Positions 1-10,266 of a stretch of DNA of 63,181 nt are shown here, piece after piece. The DNA is from a virus (lineage: Duplodnaviria > Caudoviricetes), in the IMG/VR virus record IMGVR_UViG_3300020042_009799, positions 1 to 63,181 of that record. One strand, written 5' to 3'. Every line of letters begins with the position of its first letter. Within the stretch, counting starts at the first letter, position 1. The position numbers were made by a program, and so were the translations under genes. The notes under the pieces are model-generated. The model was not told the origin of the DNA and did not search any database. It saw nothing but the letters and a program-made list of their open reading frames with translations.

Positions 1-121
1 CCTTTCTTCGGATCCAACGATCGCGAGTGGAACTTCTACTCCATCAACTACTCCAAGCTCGCCGAGGCTTACGCCGACGCTATCGTTCTTTACAAAGATG
101 GCAACTGAAATCCCACGTTCC
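1..121. repeat. Terminal direct repeat (identical to 63061-63181); circular assembly overlap
   Basis: First 121 nt equal last 121 nt; the amidase ORF and the ORF at 98 run across the junction. Confidence 0.97.
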
Positions 122-424
122 CTGAGCCGGGATAGTGATTGCGGATTCGCGATTACTTTCTTGGATGACAACGGCGCTCCCGTAACCGGAGTTGATTTTA
201 CCTGTGCCGTTCGCCTGAAGTACAAGACTCCAATCGTCACGAGCTACGAAGTTGCCGAGGACGCCCCGGGCGTCTATACGTTCGTTCTTACTCGCGCGAA
301 GACGCGCCTCCTTTCACCCAACTTGACCTACACCTATGACGTCGCCTATAAGCGCGTCGGGGCTGTAACCCGCCCCATTTACGGGGACCTCACGGTGCTA
401 GGTGACATTTCCCCAATCGACTAA
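98..424 (+). CDS. Putative tail/fibre adaptor protein (BppU N-terminal-like)
   Basis: 108 aa, beta-rich, YTYDV motif, coupled to the tail fibre gene (TAATG). Confidence 0.5.
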   Translation: MATEIPRSLSRDSDCGFAITFLDDNGAPVTGVDFTCAVRLKYKTPIVTSYEVAEDAPGVYTFVLTRAKTRLLSPNLTYTYDVAYKRVGAVTRPIYGDLTVLGDISPID

Positions 425-2028
425 TGCCACTTCTTGTAGACAGCGTAGGAGACGATGTGACCCTTGTCCTTTCGGATGTGGGCGCTACTGGTCCGTCTGG
501 AACCCTCACAGTGGGTGCGACCACTACGCTCTCCCCCGGGACAAGCGCCACTGTAACCAACAGTGGAACGTCTACTGCGGCGATCTTCAACTTTGGAATT
601 CCTCGCGGGGCTACTGGCACAACCGGAGCCGCAGGGCCAAACACGGTTACGACCTCGACCACGACCAATATTACGGGTTTGCTAAAGGGTAGCGGCTCAA
701 CCGTGCTTGCCGCAACAGCTGGAACGGACTACCTGACACCATCGGGCGCAGCGACTCTTTATGCCGCCAGAGCCAACAACCTCTCCGATCTCGCCAGCGT
801 CTCCACGGCCCGGACGAACCTTGGGCTCGGCACACTTGCCACGCAAAACGGCACTTTCAGTGGCACCAGCAGCGGAACTAATACTGGCGACCAAGATATT
901 AGCGGGCTGATTCCACGCCTCTCAACAATCACTGTCACTGGCACTACGCCCGCGTTTCCGGGACCACTTGTTGAGTCAACAACGCTAAACAATGGGAGAA
1001 GGCAATGGTTTGGCCCCGGTAATGCTGAGTTAAGGGCTACTAGCACAGACAATTGGAACCTTAGTTTTGACGATGGGACAAATAGCTATTTAGCTTCCAA
1101 AATTAGCGAATCATACGAACCATGGAAACTTTTTGGGTGGGGCGGTCACACTGGTCCGGGTTCCGATCCAATATTTTCTATTGATCCTCCAGTTTTACTC
1201 CCGGTCAATGGAGCAAGTGGAACTGCTGCCATTGTTACAGACCCAGAAGGCCGAGTGTCCACCTCCGATATGATTGGCCTCGGAACCGGAGTGGCTACCG
1301 CCCTTGCGGTCAACGTCGGAAGCGCGGGTGCATTTGTCACGTTCAACGGCGCACTCGGAACACCATCAAGCGGGACGCTTACGAGCTGCACGGGACTCCC
1401 GATATCCACCGGGGTTTCGGGACTAGGAACCAACGTCGCCACGTTTCTTGCGACTCCGACAAGCGCGAACTTTGCTGCGGCTGTTACGGGTGAAACCGGA
1501 TCAGGCTCGCTTGTTTTTGCGACGAGTCCGACGCTGACGACGCCAATTCTCGGAACTCCGACTTCTGGGACACTGACAAACTGCACGGGCTACCCAGAAC
1601 TTTCTCTGGCAGGAGTGGTTCGGGCAGTTGCAACGACAGACTTAGTCCGGGCGGCTGGGGTATCTGGCGCAGATGGAGTTTTGAGTGTTCCGCTTGCTTC
1701 TGGAAAAGCCTACCGAATCAGGGGCATGGTGAAACTTGTAGGACAGCTTGGTGGGGTTTTAAGTTCAAATATTGGGGGTCCAAATTGCACATTTGAAAAC
1801 GTGCTGGCAATCCGTCCGGGCTTCACTTTCAACGCAGGGGCATCAAATCTTACGCCCTATACGTCACTTTCACTCCATAACGGGGTCGGTGCAACAACTC
1901 AACAAGTGATGTTTGACGGCGTCATCAATACATCAGCCGCTGGAAACTTTGTATTCGCTTGGGTAAGCACTGGAGCGTCCGCTACGCGAGCCGCAGGGTC
2001 TTACATCGAAGCCACTCCTTTGAATTAA
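424..2028 (+). CDS. Tail fibre protein 1
   Basis: Gly/Thr/Ser-rich; NFGIPRGATG collagen-flank motif, ANNLSDLAS..TARTNLGLG and LGTPSSGTLT repeats typical of phage fibres. Confidence 0.8.
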   Translation: MPLLVDSVGDDVTLVLSDVGATGPSGTLTVGATTTLSPGTSATVTNSGTSTAAIFNFGIPRGATGTTGAAGPNTVTTSTTTNITGLLKGSGSTVLAATAGTDYLTPSGAATLYAARANNLSDLASVSTARTNLGLGTLATQNGTFSGTSSGTNTGDQDISGLIPRLSTITVTGTTPAFPGPLVESTTLNNGRRQWFGPGNAELRATSTDNWNLSFDDGTNSYLASKISESYEPWKLFGWGGHTGPGSDPIFSIDPPVLLPVNGASGTAAIVTDPEGRVSTSDMIGLGTGVATALAVNVGSAGAFVTFNGALGTPSSGTLTSCTGLPISTGVSGLGTNVATFLATPTSANFAAAVTGETGSGSLVFATSPTLTTPILGTPTSGTLTNCTGYPELSLAGVVRAVATTDLVRAAGVSGADGVLSVPLASGKAYRIRGMVKLVGQLGGVLSSNIGGPNCTFENVLAIRPGFTFNAGASNLTPYTSLSLHNGVGATTQQVMFDGVINTSAAGNFVFAWVSTGASATRAAGSYIEATPLN

Positions 2029-2035
2029 CACCACT

Positions 2036-2401
2036 ATGATCGAACCCCTCACACCTATCGAGTTCAACCGCGAGCTTGCCTTGACCCAGACCAAGGCAGC
2101 ACGCCACTACGCGCTCACCCAGAACCAGTGCTACCATCAGTTCTGGAACCGTGATCCGCGGGTAATCGTGGACAGCCTGAACGCCAATACCCCCCTCTCG
2201 TTGGCTCGATTCATTGGCAACACTGAACTGGGTGCGGCCATCAACGCGCAGCTTGAGAAGACGGATTTCCCGGAACGCTGCATCGTGGTGATGCCTGATG
2301 GATACGCTTTCGACGGCACGGCGTTCAGCTACACCGCACCGCCGGAGCCAGAGCCCGAGCCAGAGCCGAACCACGAACCACTTATCACTTATGCCGATTG
2401 A
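2036..2401 (+). CDS. Hypothetical protein, possible tail fibre chaperone
   Basis: Lies between two fibre genes; PE-repeat C-terminus. Confidence 0.55.
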   Translation: MIEPLTPIEFNRELALTQTKAARHYALTQNQCYHQFWNRDPRVIVDSLNANTPLSLARFIGNTELGAAINAQLEKTDFPERCIVVMPDGYAFDGTAFSYTAPPEPEPEPEPNHEPLITYAD

Positions 2402-3431
2402 CCGAGTCACTCTCATTGTTTCCGATGTAGGAATTCCGGCTCCACACGCGGTTACCCATCAGTCTGGTGGCACGGATGTTCTTGCTCTTGCATTTGGTCA
2501 GATCGCCAGTGTTCCGACAGCGCGACTTCTCGGTCGTTACACCGCAGGAACTGGAGTCGCCCAGACCATCTCGCTCGGCAGCGGCCTCACTTTTTCGTCT
2601 GGTGTTCTGACCCTAGGCGCGGAAATACTCGCCGTATCAGGCGTGGCGACTACCGGATACCTGAAGCGCACTGGCGCGGCAACCTACACGAGCACGGCTA
2701 CAGTTCCCTACTCTGATCTCGCCTCAATCCCCGCCGCAATCGACGCTCTGGATGGGCTTACTCCTGCGGCCAATAGATTTCCATACTTCACGAGCAGCTC
2801 GGCAGCTGCTCTTGGTACCGTGTCTGCTTTCGGTCTCACACTCGTGGACGACGTGGATGCCATTGCTGCGCGCACTACTCTTGGCTTGGGTACACTCGCC
2901 ACCCAGAACGGAACCTTCAGCGGCACGTTCAATGGCTCGTTCAGTGGCACGTTCAGCGGCACGAGCTCTGGAACAAACACCGGGAACCAGACAATCATTC
3001 TCACAGGCGACGTGACCGGTTCGGGCACAGGATCTTTCGCCGCGACGATCGCCAACGACGCAGTGACCTACGCCAAGATGCAGAACGTCTCCGCGACGGA
3101 CACGATCCTTGGTAGGTCTACTGCTGGTGCGGGCAACGTGGAAGAGATCCCCTGCACTGCCGCGGGTCGCGCCCTTCTCGACGATGCCAATGCCGCCGCC
3201 CAACGAGTAACTTTGGGCTTCGCATCCGCCGCCCCTACCGCTGCGGGCCTAGCCCTTCTCGACGACGTTAGTGCTTCTGCCCAGCGCACTACTCTGGGCT
3301 TGGGAACCATAGCCGTGCTCAACGCTCCCGTTGGACCTTACAGCGGTGATGGCGATGCGGCCTCGAACGGAGTTCCAATCGGGGCTATCTATTACCACAG
3401 CTCGGGAGCCCTCCATGTCCGCCTAACCTAA
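2391..3431 (+). CDS. Tail fibre protein 2
   Basis: Start MPIDRV at 2391; AARTTLGLG / ALLDDA..AAQR.TLG repeats, LTGDVTGSG, AVTYAKMQNV motifs. Confidence 0.8.
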   Translation: MPIDRVTLIVSDVGIPAPHAVTHQSGGTDVLALAFGQIASVPTARLLGRYTAGTGVAQTISLGSGLTFSSGVLTLGAEILAVSGVATTGYLKRTGAATYTSTATVPYSDLASIPAAIDALDGLTPAANRFPYFTSSSAAALGTVSAFGLTLVDDVDAIAARTTLGLGTLATQNGTFSGTFNGSFSGTFSGTSSGTNTGNQTIILTGDVTGSGTGSFAATIANDAVTYAKMQNVSATDTILGRSTAGAGNVEEIPCTAAGRALLDDANAAAQRVTLGFASAAPTAAGLALLDDVSASAQRTTLGLGTIAVLNAPVGPYSGDGDAASNGVPIGAIYYHSSGALHVRLT

Positions 3432-4981
3432 TGTCTATCTCAATCTCAGACCTCTCGCCAGTACGGCAAAAGCTCAAGGCGTTCGTTACCCCGGACGTCG
3501 CGGACTACATCGTGTCTGAAACCGTGGATACTTCCAAACGGGAGATTCCAGAGTTCGGTACGCCACACCCGAATGACAAGAACTACCCGAACCACGTATT
3601 CTGTTTCGCCCAGCCGACGTCGGACGAGCAGGGACTTCTCTACCGGTTCTTCTACGCAGCGCCACGGGAGGATCAGGACGAGTACAACTGGGAGCACACA
3701 GTCGCCGACATCGGCGGAAACAAGTTCAGCGCGGTCACCCGCACCTACGTCAACCTTCGTGATGGCTACGTTCCGCTCACGCCGACCATGGGCACCGCGA
3801 TGCCCAACACTCCTACGGGCCTGTTCACCGAATCATTTATCCTTGCCACTCGCGAGGAAAAACGAATCGGGGATCGGGAACTCGATTCAGTATTCATTGT
3901 TGAGCAGCTGACTTACGTCAAGCGTGTTACGATTACTGAGATTGGAGTTCGCCAGAAAACCGGTAAGGGCGACATTGATACCACGACGCTGTATTACCGG
4001 GGGCAGATTTTCTATGGAAGTACCACGATTGAGCAGGCAGTAGCCAACGACGCTTGGAACGGGGGTTCCGACGGGGCCTATTCAAACGTCAATCAGCTTT
4101 CGGAGAACTGGTATGCGGTTACTGAGCGCACTTTCCTTGATGTGGATACCGTCTACCGGAGGACCTCTTCTAAGCTTCGCCCGTCGCAGTTTTTCTGCCC
4201 CCAAGCGACCAGCACGGATACCGTCACTACGGTAACGAGCACGGCTTCAACTCCATCAAGCCCAACTGTGGTTGACCAGCAGGAGGTCGTCGTTGAGAAG
4301 GTTGGACTGGTGCAAACAGTAGCTACCACCACCCAGTCAGGCATCCCCAGCACTCTGACAGGTACGGAGCTCGATGAGCGAACTGGAGCTACGTTCACTG
4401 TACTTCAGGATTCGGTACTCGCGGCTGCGGTCGCACCAGCCACGGTCACTTCCGATGGGCGGCTCATCACTTACCGAGCGGTGGATGCTTGCCAAGCCAT
4501 CAAGGAAACTCAAACTGTCGCCAGCACCGAGATCCGCGAGTGGTACACGATCGTCAACTACGAGTGGCCCCCTGTCCTTACGGACTTTACGTATACGTTT
4601 TGGGATTCAGTTCTAGGGCGGGATGTTGCAATCCCGGACTTCACATTCAAGCAGGGCTTCTCGGGACCTCAAGTCGCGCGTGTTCGTGAGTGGTGGCAGT
4701 TGGCTTCGCCGACCATCACATCGCCGAACCAAATGATTCCTGAAGGGGCGAAGTTCAACTCGCCGTTAATAAGCTGGAGCCTCCCCCCTTGCCTCCATGG
4801 CGCTATTGAAGGCCGCTGTATCATCGGATCCTTTGACCCCGAGTGGGGTCCCAAAACCTACATCAAACCTTTCCCAGCTACCAACTTCGTTGACTGGCCT
4901 GACGAAATTGTGTGGACTGAGTCCAGACCATACAAAGGCGGGTACATTGTTACCGAGTTCACCCTCCCTCGACCTGCATGA
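3431..4981 (+). CDS. Putative tail/structural protein
   Basis: 516 aa, Thr-rich, translationally coupled within the tail operon. Confidence 0.55.
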   Translation: MSISISDLSPVRQKLKAFVTPDVADYIVSETVDTSKREIPEFGTPHPNDKNYPNHVFCFAQPTSDEQGLLYRFFYAAPREDQDEYNWEHTVADIGGNKFSAVTRTYVNLRDGYVPLTPTMGTAMPNTPTGLFTESFILATREEKRIGDRELDSVFIVEQLTYVKRVTITEIGVRQKTGKGDIDTTTLYYRGQIFYGSTTIEQAVANDAWNGGSDGAYSNVNQLSENWYAVTERTFLDVDTVYRRTSSKLRPSQFFCPQATSTDTVTTVTSTASTPSSPTVVDQQEVVVEKVGLVQTVATTTQSGIPSTLTGTELDERTGATFTVLQDSVLAAAVAPATVTSDGRLITYRAVDACQAIKETQTVASTEIREWYTIVNYEWPPVLTDFTYTFWDSVLGRDVAIPDFTFKQGFSGPQVARVREWWQLASPTITSPNQMIPEGAKFNSPLISWSLPPCLHGAIEGRCIIGSFDPEWGPKTYIKPFPATNFVDWPDEIVWTESRPYKGGYIVTEFTLPRPA

Positions 4982-5550
4982 ACAACGGAGAACTACCCTA
5001 TCTCGGACAAGATCAAAGGTATCAGGCTCCGGCTCCTATGGACGGAACTTCGTGGCTCCGCCGGGAGTCAGGACTTCCGAACCCGGCGTTACCTGAAGTC
5101 GGGCGCATCCCCAAGTCTCCGTTTGATATCGAAGTTAGCGGGCTAGAGCAGACCAGAAAGCCCATCACCTACTACGACGACTTGCGGCCACACGCCTTCT
5201 ATGGCAAGCGCGTTGAGTCTGGGGTGCTGATCTATCCGGGGTTGCTTATCGCATACATCGAGAGTAGCCAAGGTGGCTCTGCTGTTCAGACATTTTATGA
5301 ACCCGCAGGGTTTACAGCAGGCCCGCAGGTGGTGTCTGCTGGAGATGGAGCCATCATCTGCCTCAAGTTTGACGTTGACGAATTCGCAATCACCAACGTC
5401 TCAGTCGGGATTGGCACACCGCAGCTTTTTCCCGCCACCGCGGGCGGTGCCTGCGCCGTGGAGATCGGCACCGTCACGAGCAATGGGTTCAACCAGAAGC
5501 TCCGCAGTGACTTCTTCTACACCAGTATCCTGCCGGATGATGCTCCATGA
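4978..5550 (+). CDS. Hypothetical structural-module protein
   Basis: ATGA overlaps at both ends. Confidence 0.6.
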   Translation: MNNGELPYLGQDQRYQAPAPMDGTSWLRRESGLPNPALPEVGRIPKSPFDIEVSGLEQTRKPITYYDDLRPHAFYGKRVESGVLIYPGLLIAYIESSQGGSAVQTFYEPAGFTAGPQVVSAGDGAIICLKFDVDEFAITNVSVGIGTPQLFPATAGGACAVEIGTVTSNGFNQKLRSDFFYTSILPDDAP

Positions 5551-6185
5551 TCGGGATTCTCGTCTTCACCTGCGCCAAGGATCGGTTGCTCACGCCGCTG
5601 TGCATCGAGGCGTTGCAGTGCGTCCCAGACGCAAGGATCATCGTCTGTGACGACGAGCAGTTTCCAGCCAACACCCAAGGCTACCCGGTCATCCCGTGGA
5701 GCATGCGTGGCGAAGGCGGCTGGGCAGGCGGCGTCACCCGAGCACTCGCCGAGGCGCACCGCAGGTTCCCGGAGTGTGACACCCTCGCCACGGTGGACGC
5801 CGACATCATGATCCTCGATCCGTCCTTCTTCGATCTGCCTGACGAAGGCTGCGCTGTTCGCGGGTGCCCTCGCCCACAGAATCGTGGCTGGTTCTCGTTG
5901 CGGGTGTTCTGGGCGGAGATGGTGCCACTGCTCCAAGGGCTTTCCGGGCAGGAGGAGGACAAGATCATTGGAGAGGCCCTGAAGCGGGAGAGCTGCGGTC
6001 GGTTCGTGGAGGATGGCATGCTTGTCGCCTCACAGGAGCTGAGCCCTTCGATGGCTGCGCTACAGCGGCTCAGAGCCCACGCGGTCCACGTTGGACAGTT
6101 CTATGGCGACCACGAAACCCGTGAGAAAGCCCTGATTCAAGCAGAAAACATTGTTCAAGCCCTGCGTAGCGAAGTCGCGCCTTGA
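5547..6185 (+). CDS. Putative GT-A fold glycosyltransferase
   Basis: N-terminal ILVFT..D strand, IIVCDD, and DxD motif (VDADIM). Confidence 0.6.
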   Translation: MIGILVFTCAKDRLLTPLCIEALQCVPDARIIVCDDEQFPANTQGYPVIPWSMRGEGGWAGGVTRALAEAHRRFPECDTLATVDADIMILDPSFFDLPDEGCAVRGCPRPQNRGWFSLRVFWAEMVPLLQGLSGQEEDKIIGEALKRESCGRFVEDGMLVASQELSPSMAALQRLRAHAVHVGQFYGDHETREKALIQAENIVQALRSEVAP

Positions 6186-6216
6186 ATCCCTTATCATTTA
6201 CCAGTATCCTTTCACC
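6182..6216 (+). promoter_or_regulatory. sigma70-like promoter, leaderless
   Basis: TTGAAT-17-TATCCT-6-ATG(6217). Confidence 0.6.
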
Positions 6217-7185
6217 ATGCCTGCACTCACTGCCGCACAGATTTCCCAGCAACTCGGCCAATACATCGAGCCGGGTGGGGACTTTCTTGCCGCCCTGAAC
6301 CAAGTACTGCCGAGAGTCTATTCGATGGGCTTCTGGCGTGATACCATGTACGAGATCCAGCTGGACGCTGGGGACGGTTACGTGAGCCTTCCAGAGGATA
6401 CCGAGTCGGTCCTGTCCGCGACTGTGGACAATATCCCTCGCCCAGTGCGCAACATGTGGCACGACATCCGCATGATCGGAAGACAGGAACAGGTTCCCGG
6501 TTTCTACGGTCTGATTGACTTGGGGTATTGCCCTCTTATGGTGGACTTCTACACTGCCTTGGATCTGGATTCTGAAACGGATATTACTAGCGCATCCTTT
6601 GATTCTCTGGAAGTGCTTCCGCGGGGAGGATCAACTGTTGTGACTTTGGACGAAACAGAAGGCACCTCAATAGTTGTTAAAGCTTTGGATGTGGCTTCCG
6701 GGACTGTTCTAACGGGCGTCCTATCCACAACAGAGGCAGGCACAATTAGTTTTGACGGGACTCCTATTCAGCGGCCACTATCTGTTACCTACGAGAATGC
6801 CCCGTTTGAATTGGACATTAGGATTGCTGGGAGTTCCATTGTCTTAGCGACTATTCCCCCCGGAAGCGGGGTCACCCAGTTCCGCCGATTCAAGGTCACT
6901 GACGCCCGCACCGATTCAGTAGTCACGCTTCTCGTAAAACGGAAAGCCCCATACCTGACTTCTGGTGATGGAATCGTGCATCTCGGAAACATCAACGCCC
7001 TCAAGCACGCCCTGCTTGGGCGGATCGCCGAGGACAACGCTGACGTTCAGCGCGCCAATTACCACTGGGGTGTATGCAAGCAAATGCTCGAAGAAGAGCT
7101 GGACGCTTCACGCGGTTCCGCCCGACCGATGATCCAACTATCCGGCTTCGGTGAAGGAGCCTCTCGCCCATTCAACCTCTACTAA
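6217..7185 (+). CDS. Putative head-tail adaptor / tail tubular protein
   Basis: Helical N- and C-termini flanking a beta core, LPED..SVL motif; start at 6217 supported by promoter. Confidence 0.55.
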   Translation: MPALTAAQISQQLGQYIEPGGDFLAALNQVLPRVYSMGFWRDTMYEIQLDAGDGYVSLPEDTESVLSATVDNIPRPVRNMWHDIRMIGRQEQVPGFYGLIDLGYCPLMVDFYTALDLDSETDITSASFDSLEVLPRGGSTVVTLDETEGTSIVVKALDVASGTVLTGVLSTTEAGTISFDGTPIQRPLSVTYENAPFELDIRIAGSSIVLATIPPGSGVTQFRRFKVTDARTDSVVTLLVKRKAPYLTSGDGIVHLGNINALKHALLGRIAEDNADVQRANYHWGVCKQMLEEELDASRGSARPMIQLSGFGEGASRPFNLY

Positions 7186-7186
7186 C

Positions 7187-7438
7187 ATGCTAGTCAAACA
7201 ACCCGCCCGATTCTACGGGGCCGTAACCGAAACAGGAACAACCGCAATCACGGGGCAGTTCTCCGAGATTCATTGCATCACCGCCACCACGTTCGCCACG
7301 TTGACCGATCTGACGCACAGCGGAGATGTCGCGACCGGGTTCGCCTATCCCGCAGGATTTATCCTGTACGGTAACTTCACGGCGTTCACCCTTACGAGTG
7401 GCTCCGTGCGCGCTTACGTCGCCGCGCCTCTTGGCTAA
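7187..7438 (+). CDS. Small virion-like protein
   Basis: 83 aa, start 1 nt after the upstream stop; YPAGFILYG...LTSGSVRAY. Confidence 0.6.
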   Translation: MLVKQPARFYGAVTETGTTAITGQFSEIHCITATTFATLTDLTHSGDVATGFAYPAGFILYGNFTAFTLTSGSVRAYVAAPLG

Positions 7439-7823
7439 GGCGAGCTTCCTTCTTCTCTATCAGCTCTCCGATCCTTTCGATCGTTGAGCTGAAGAAGTAT
7501 GCGTAGGCTTCGTCATTCGCCGGGTCAAACTTCTGCCCGCGCTCGGCGAGCAGGATATTGCAGGCGTGGAAGCATTCATGCGCCAGCGTACCCCAGCTGG
7601 AGGGATCGGACCTCCAAGCTCGCTGGTAGATCAGCACGTCCGCCCCACCGCGGGGTCCATCGAACTGAACGCATTGGCCTTCTGTCTCGGCCTCGTCCTC
7701 AAGGAAGGTCCCGTACTGCTGCTCCAGAAGCTTGACGAACTTCGGCAGGTCCAGCCCCCAGACCACGTCGATCGTGGCATTCCAGCAGGCGTCGAATACG
7801 CGGACCTTCCTTGAGTGTCTCAT
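7392..7823 (-). CDS. HExxH metallopeptidase-like protein
   Basis: LAHECFHA plus downstream DEAYAY. Confidence 0.65.
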   Translation of the reverse strand: MRHSRKVRVFDACWNATIDVVWGLDLPKFVKLLEQQYGTFLEDEAETEGQCVQFDGPRGGADVLIYQRAWRSDPSSWGTLAHECFHACNILLAERGQKFDPANDEAYAYFFSSTIERIGELIEKKEARLSQEARRRKRARSHS

Positions 7824-8086
7824 TGGTCGTAGAGTCCTTTCACAATCGCGTCACTGAGCTGAGTCGCGGAGCCCCCGAAGGATTCCGCTGCGTCCTTTGA
7901 CACTTGCTCGATCCACTCGCCAAGCACTCCTTCCGGGGGTTCTCCAGTGAGATTGGCGTTCATGTTTACGTCTCCAGTATTCGTGATCGAGACTTCCACG
8001 TAGGAACCCTCGAACGCGATGAAGTACAGCCGCACTTTTGGGGAACCCGGGAATGTGGCTTGCGAGATTCGTGGTTGGGTGAGCAT
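7820..8086 (-). CDS. Hypothetical protein
   Basis: Start MLTQ 1 nt after the primase stop; ATGA overlap with next gene. Confidence 0.6.
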   Translation of the reverse strand: MLTQPRISQATFPGSPKVRLYFIAFEGSYVEVSITNTGDVNMNANLTGEPPEGVLGEWIEQVSKDAAESFGGSATQLSDAIVKGLYDQ

Positions 8087-8087
8087 G

Positions 8088-10223
8088 TCAGTCCTCTTCA
8101 TCGTCGTATTTCTTATCGAGGTCAATCGTGTACCGCTTGCCCTTGCCGCGTGACTCGGAAGTCACGGGCCTAGCATTCGGCATGTCAGTATTGAAAGCTT
8201 CTTCAGCAGAAGCCAATCCGCGGGCGAGGGCATACTGGTCACGGCTGAAGCTGAGACCACTGAGGTCCGCGTAGTCGTTGAACAGCGAACGCAGCATGGT
8301 CGCAGTGCCTTTCCACTCGGAAGCTCCAGTCGCCTCGCGGTGGACACGGGCGAACATTTCGATCGCTTCGATCGCCGGGGCGCGGCTGCCGTTGTCACGC
8401 GCTGCGTTCATGATGAACGGGTGCATGTAGTGGCCCACACCGAAGCGGGCGCTGCCTGTGATCTGCTCAGGCACTTCCCAGTCTAGCAGGAACCGCGCAA
8501 AGTAGGGCATCTCATCGGAGATGATCTTCTCAAGCTCGTGGTTCGGTGGGAACTTCGGCTTGTGTTTGGTGCTGACTCGGAATCCGAGGAGCTTGTCGGC
8601 GTTGCTCACATCCAGCGAGGGGACGACAGCGAGCGACTGCACGTCCTCGTTGAGCGAGATGATGATTCGCCCCGCCCACGGAATCCGCACGCTGTCCTGA
8701 TACTTCGCCATGACGTCGATCATCGGATTGGCGATGCGCGCTTTGAGAAGCTCGGTGAACTTGCGATGGTCCGCAGCGTTGGTTGCCGAGGCGGTATCGT
8801 CGATTGACCACACCGGGTTCTCGGCCAGTTCCTTGTTGAACTGGGTCCGAGCTTGCAGGTAGTCACTGGCAGTCGCCGCGCCGCCCAGAAGGCCCGCGAG
8901 GATCTTGTTGCTGAAGAGGGTTTTGCCCATTCCGGTCGGCCCGACGAGGATCACAGCCTGCCCTTGGTAGAGATAGCCGTAGTGAAGCGACTCGTAGGCG
9001 CGCTTCATCCACGCGAACAGGTAATTAGCCGGGCTGGAGCCGTCAGGATCGTCCAGAAAGTTCTGGAAGAACCCCGAAAGGAACGGGAAGTCCTTTTCAG
9101 TGGCGGCTTCGGCGGGGATTACCGACTTGTTGCGGTTGCTGTTGAGCACAATCGAGCCGTTGACCTTCACGATCCTGTCTTTCTGGTGCAGGATCGGGGC
9201 GCACCCGTGGATTCGGTTGTGTGCTTGGATGTGGAGCAGGGCTTGCTCGACCTCCGACACCCGTTGACCCTTCTTTTTCTCCGAGGCGAGCCCGATTGAC
9301 CGCAAATCCATGGTCAGATCTTCCTTGGGGAAGTCAAAAAGCCCATTCGCCGTGAAGCGGTAGTACCTTTTGCCGTCGTACCAGATGTCGGAGACCGCCG
9401 TGTTGACCTTCTTCTGCTCGAACGCAGACACGAAGGCCCCGCCAAGGATCTCAGACCAGCTGACGAACCCTTTTCCGGCGCGATCGCTAAAGCAGATGAT
9501 ACCGTGGTCGCCCACCTGCCCACCCTCGCGTTCGATCCCGTCGTCAATCCAGAAAAGCGGGACGCGGGAACCCATCTTCAGGCCGTTCGGAAGCCTATGC
9601 GCCCAGCGCCGCACGCACTCCTCCTCGACTGAGTCGATCGGGATGTTGATGTCAGTGCCGATAGTCTTCTTGGAGGTGGTGCTGAACAGCGCCTTGGTGA
9701 TGAACTCAGGCGGGACGAACTCGCCCGTCTGAACCCAGTCGTACCCTACCTCGTAGTACTGCGAGGGATTCAAGGAACAGTTGTCGAAGCCCGCCGCGAG
9801 CGCCGGAGCGTTGATCGCCTTGGCGAACTCGGACAGGAAGGGCTTGATGTACTCCTCCGAGATGACCAGCGGCTCGGTGAACAACCAGACAAGGCGGAAG
9901 TTGCCGCTGCGCGTCCTGTGCGCGTAGGTCGGCATGAGCACCATGCGCGGATTGGTCTTCAAGCGAAGCTCGAAGTCGTCGTAGGCTGGGACGTCGTAGT
10001 CTCCGATAAACCCGGAGACACGAGCCACGGGATTATCGACCTTGATTCGGATGTTCGGGTTCACCCCCTCGCAGAGGGAGTAGAAAAGGTGGTTCGTGTC
10101 GGGGAGACCCTGCCATTTGCGCAGCTCCTCCTTGGTAGTAGCAGGGCAGTCGCCCTTGAAATTGTAAGGATCGGGAACGAGGTCAGCCCGATCGCTTCGG
10201 TGATTCTTGATGCAGCGGAACAT
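8088..10223 (-). CDS. Primase-helicase (primase/polymerase domain plus D5/DUF5906-like NTPase)
   Basis: GDYD and HRTRSGNFRLVW primase motifs; Walker A GPTGMGKT, Walker B SIDD. Confidence 0.85.
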   Translation of the reverse strand: MFRCIKNHRSDRADLVPDPYNFKGDCPATTKEELRKWQGLPDTNHLFYSLCEGVNPNIRIKVDNPVARVSGFIGDYDVPAYDDFELRLKTNPRMVLMPTYAHRTRSGNFRLVWLFTEPLVISEEYIKPFLSEFAKAINAPALAAGFDNCSLNPSQYYEVGYDWVQTGEFVPPEFITKALFSTTSKKTIGTDINIPIDSVEEECVRRWAHRLPNGLKMGSRVPLFWIDDGIEREGGQVGDHGIICFSDRAGKGFVSWSEILGGAFVSAFEQKKVNTAVSDIWYDGKRYYRFTANGLFDFPKEDLTMDLRSIGLASEKKKGQRVSEVEQALLHIQAHNRIHGCAPILHQKDRIVKVNGSIVLNSNRNKSVIPAEAATEKDFPFLSGFFQNFLDDPDGSSPANYLFAWMKRAYESLHYGYLYQGQAVILVGPTGMGKTLFSNKILAGLLGGAATASDYLQARTQFNKELAENPVWSIDDTASATNAADHRKFTELLKARIANPMIDVMAKYQDSVRIPWAGRIIISLNEDVQSLAVVPSLDVSNADKLLGFRVSTKHKPKFPPNHELEKIISDEMPYFARFLLDWEVPEQITGSARFGVGHYMHPFIMNAARDNGSRAPAIEAIEMFARVHREATGASEWKGTATMLRSLFNDYADLSGLSFSRDQYALARGLASAEEAFNTDMPNARPVTSESRGKGKRYTIDLDKKYDDEED

Positions 10224-10266
10224 TTAGTGTGCGGAAGTGTGTGGTGGTTTGGCGACGGGGTCAAGC

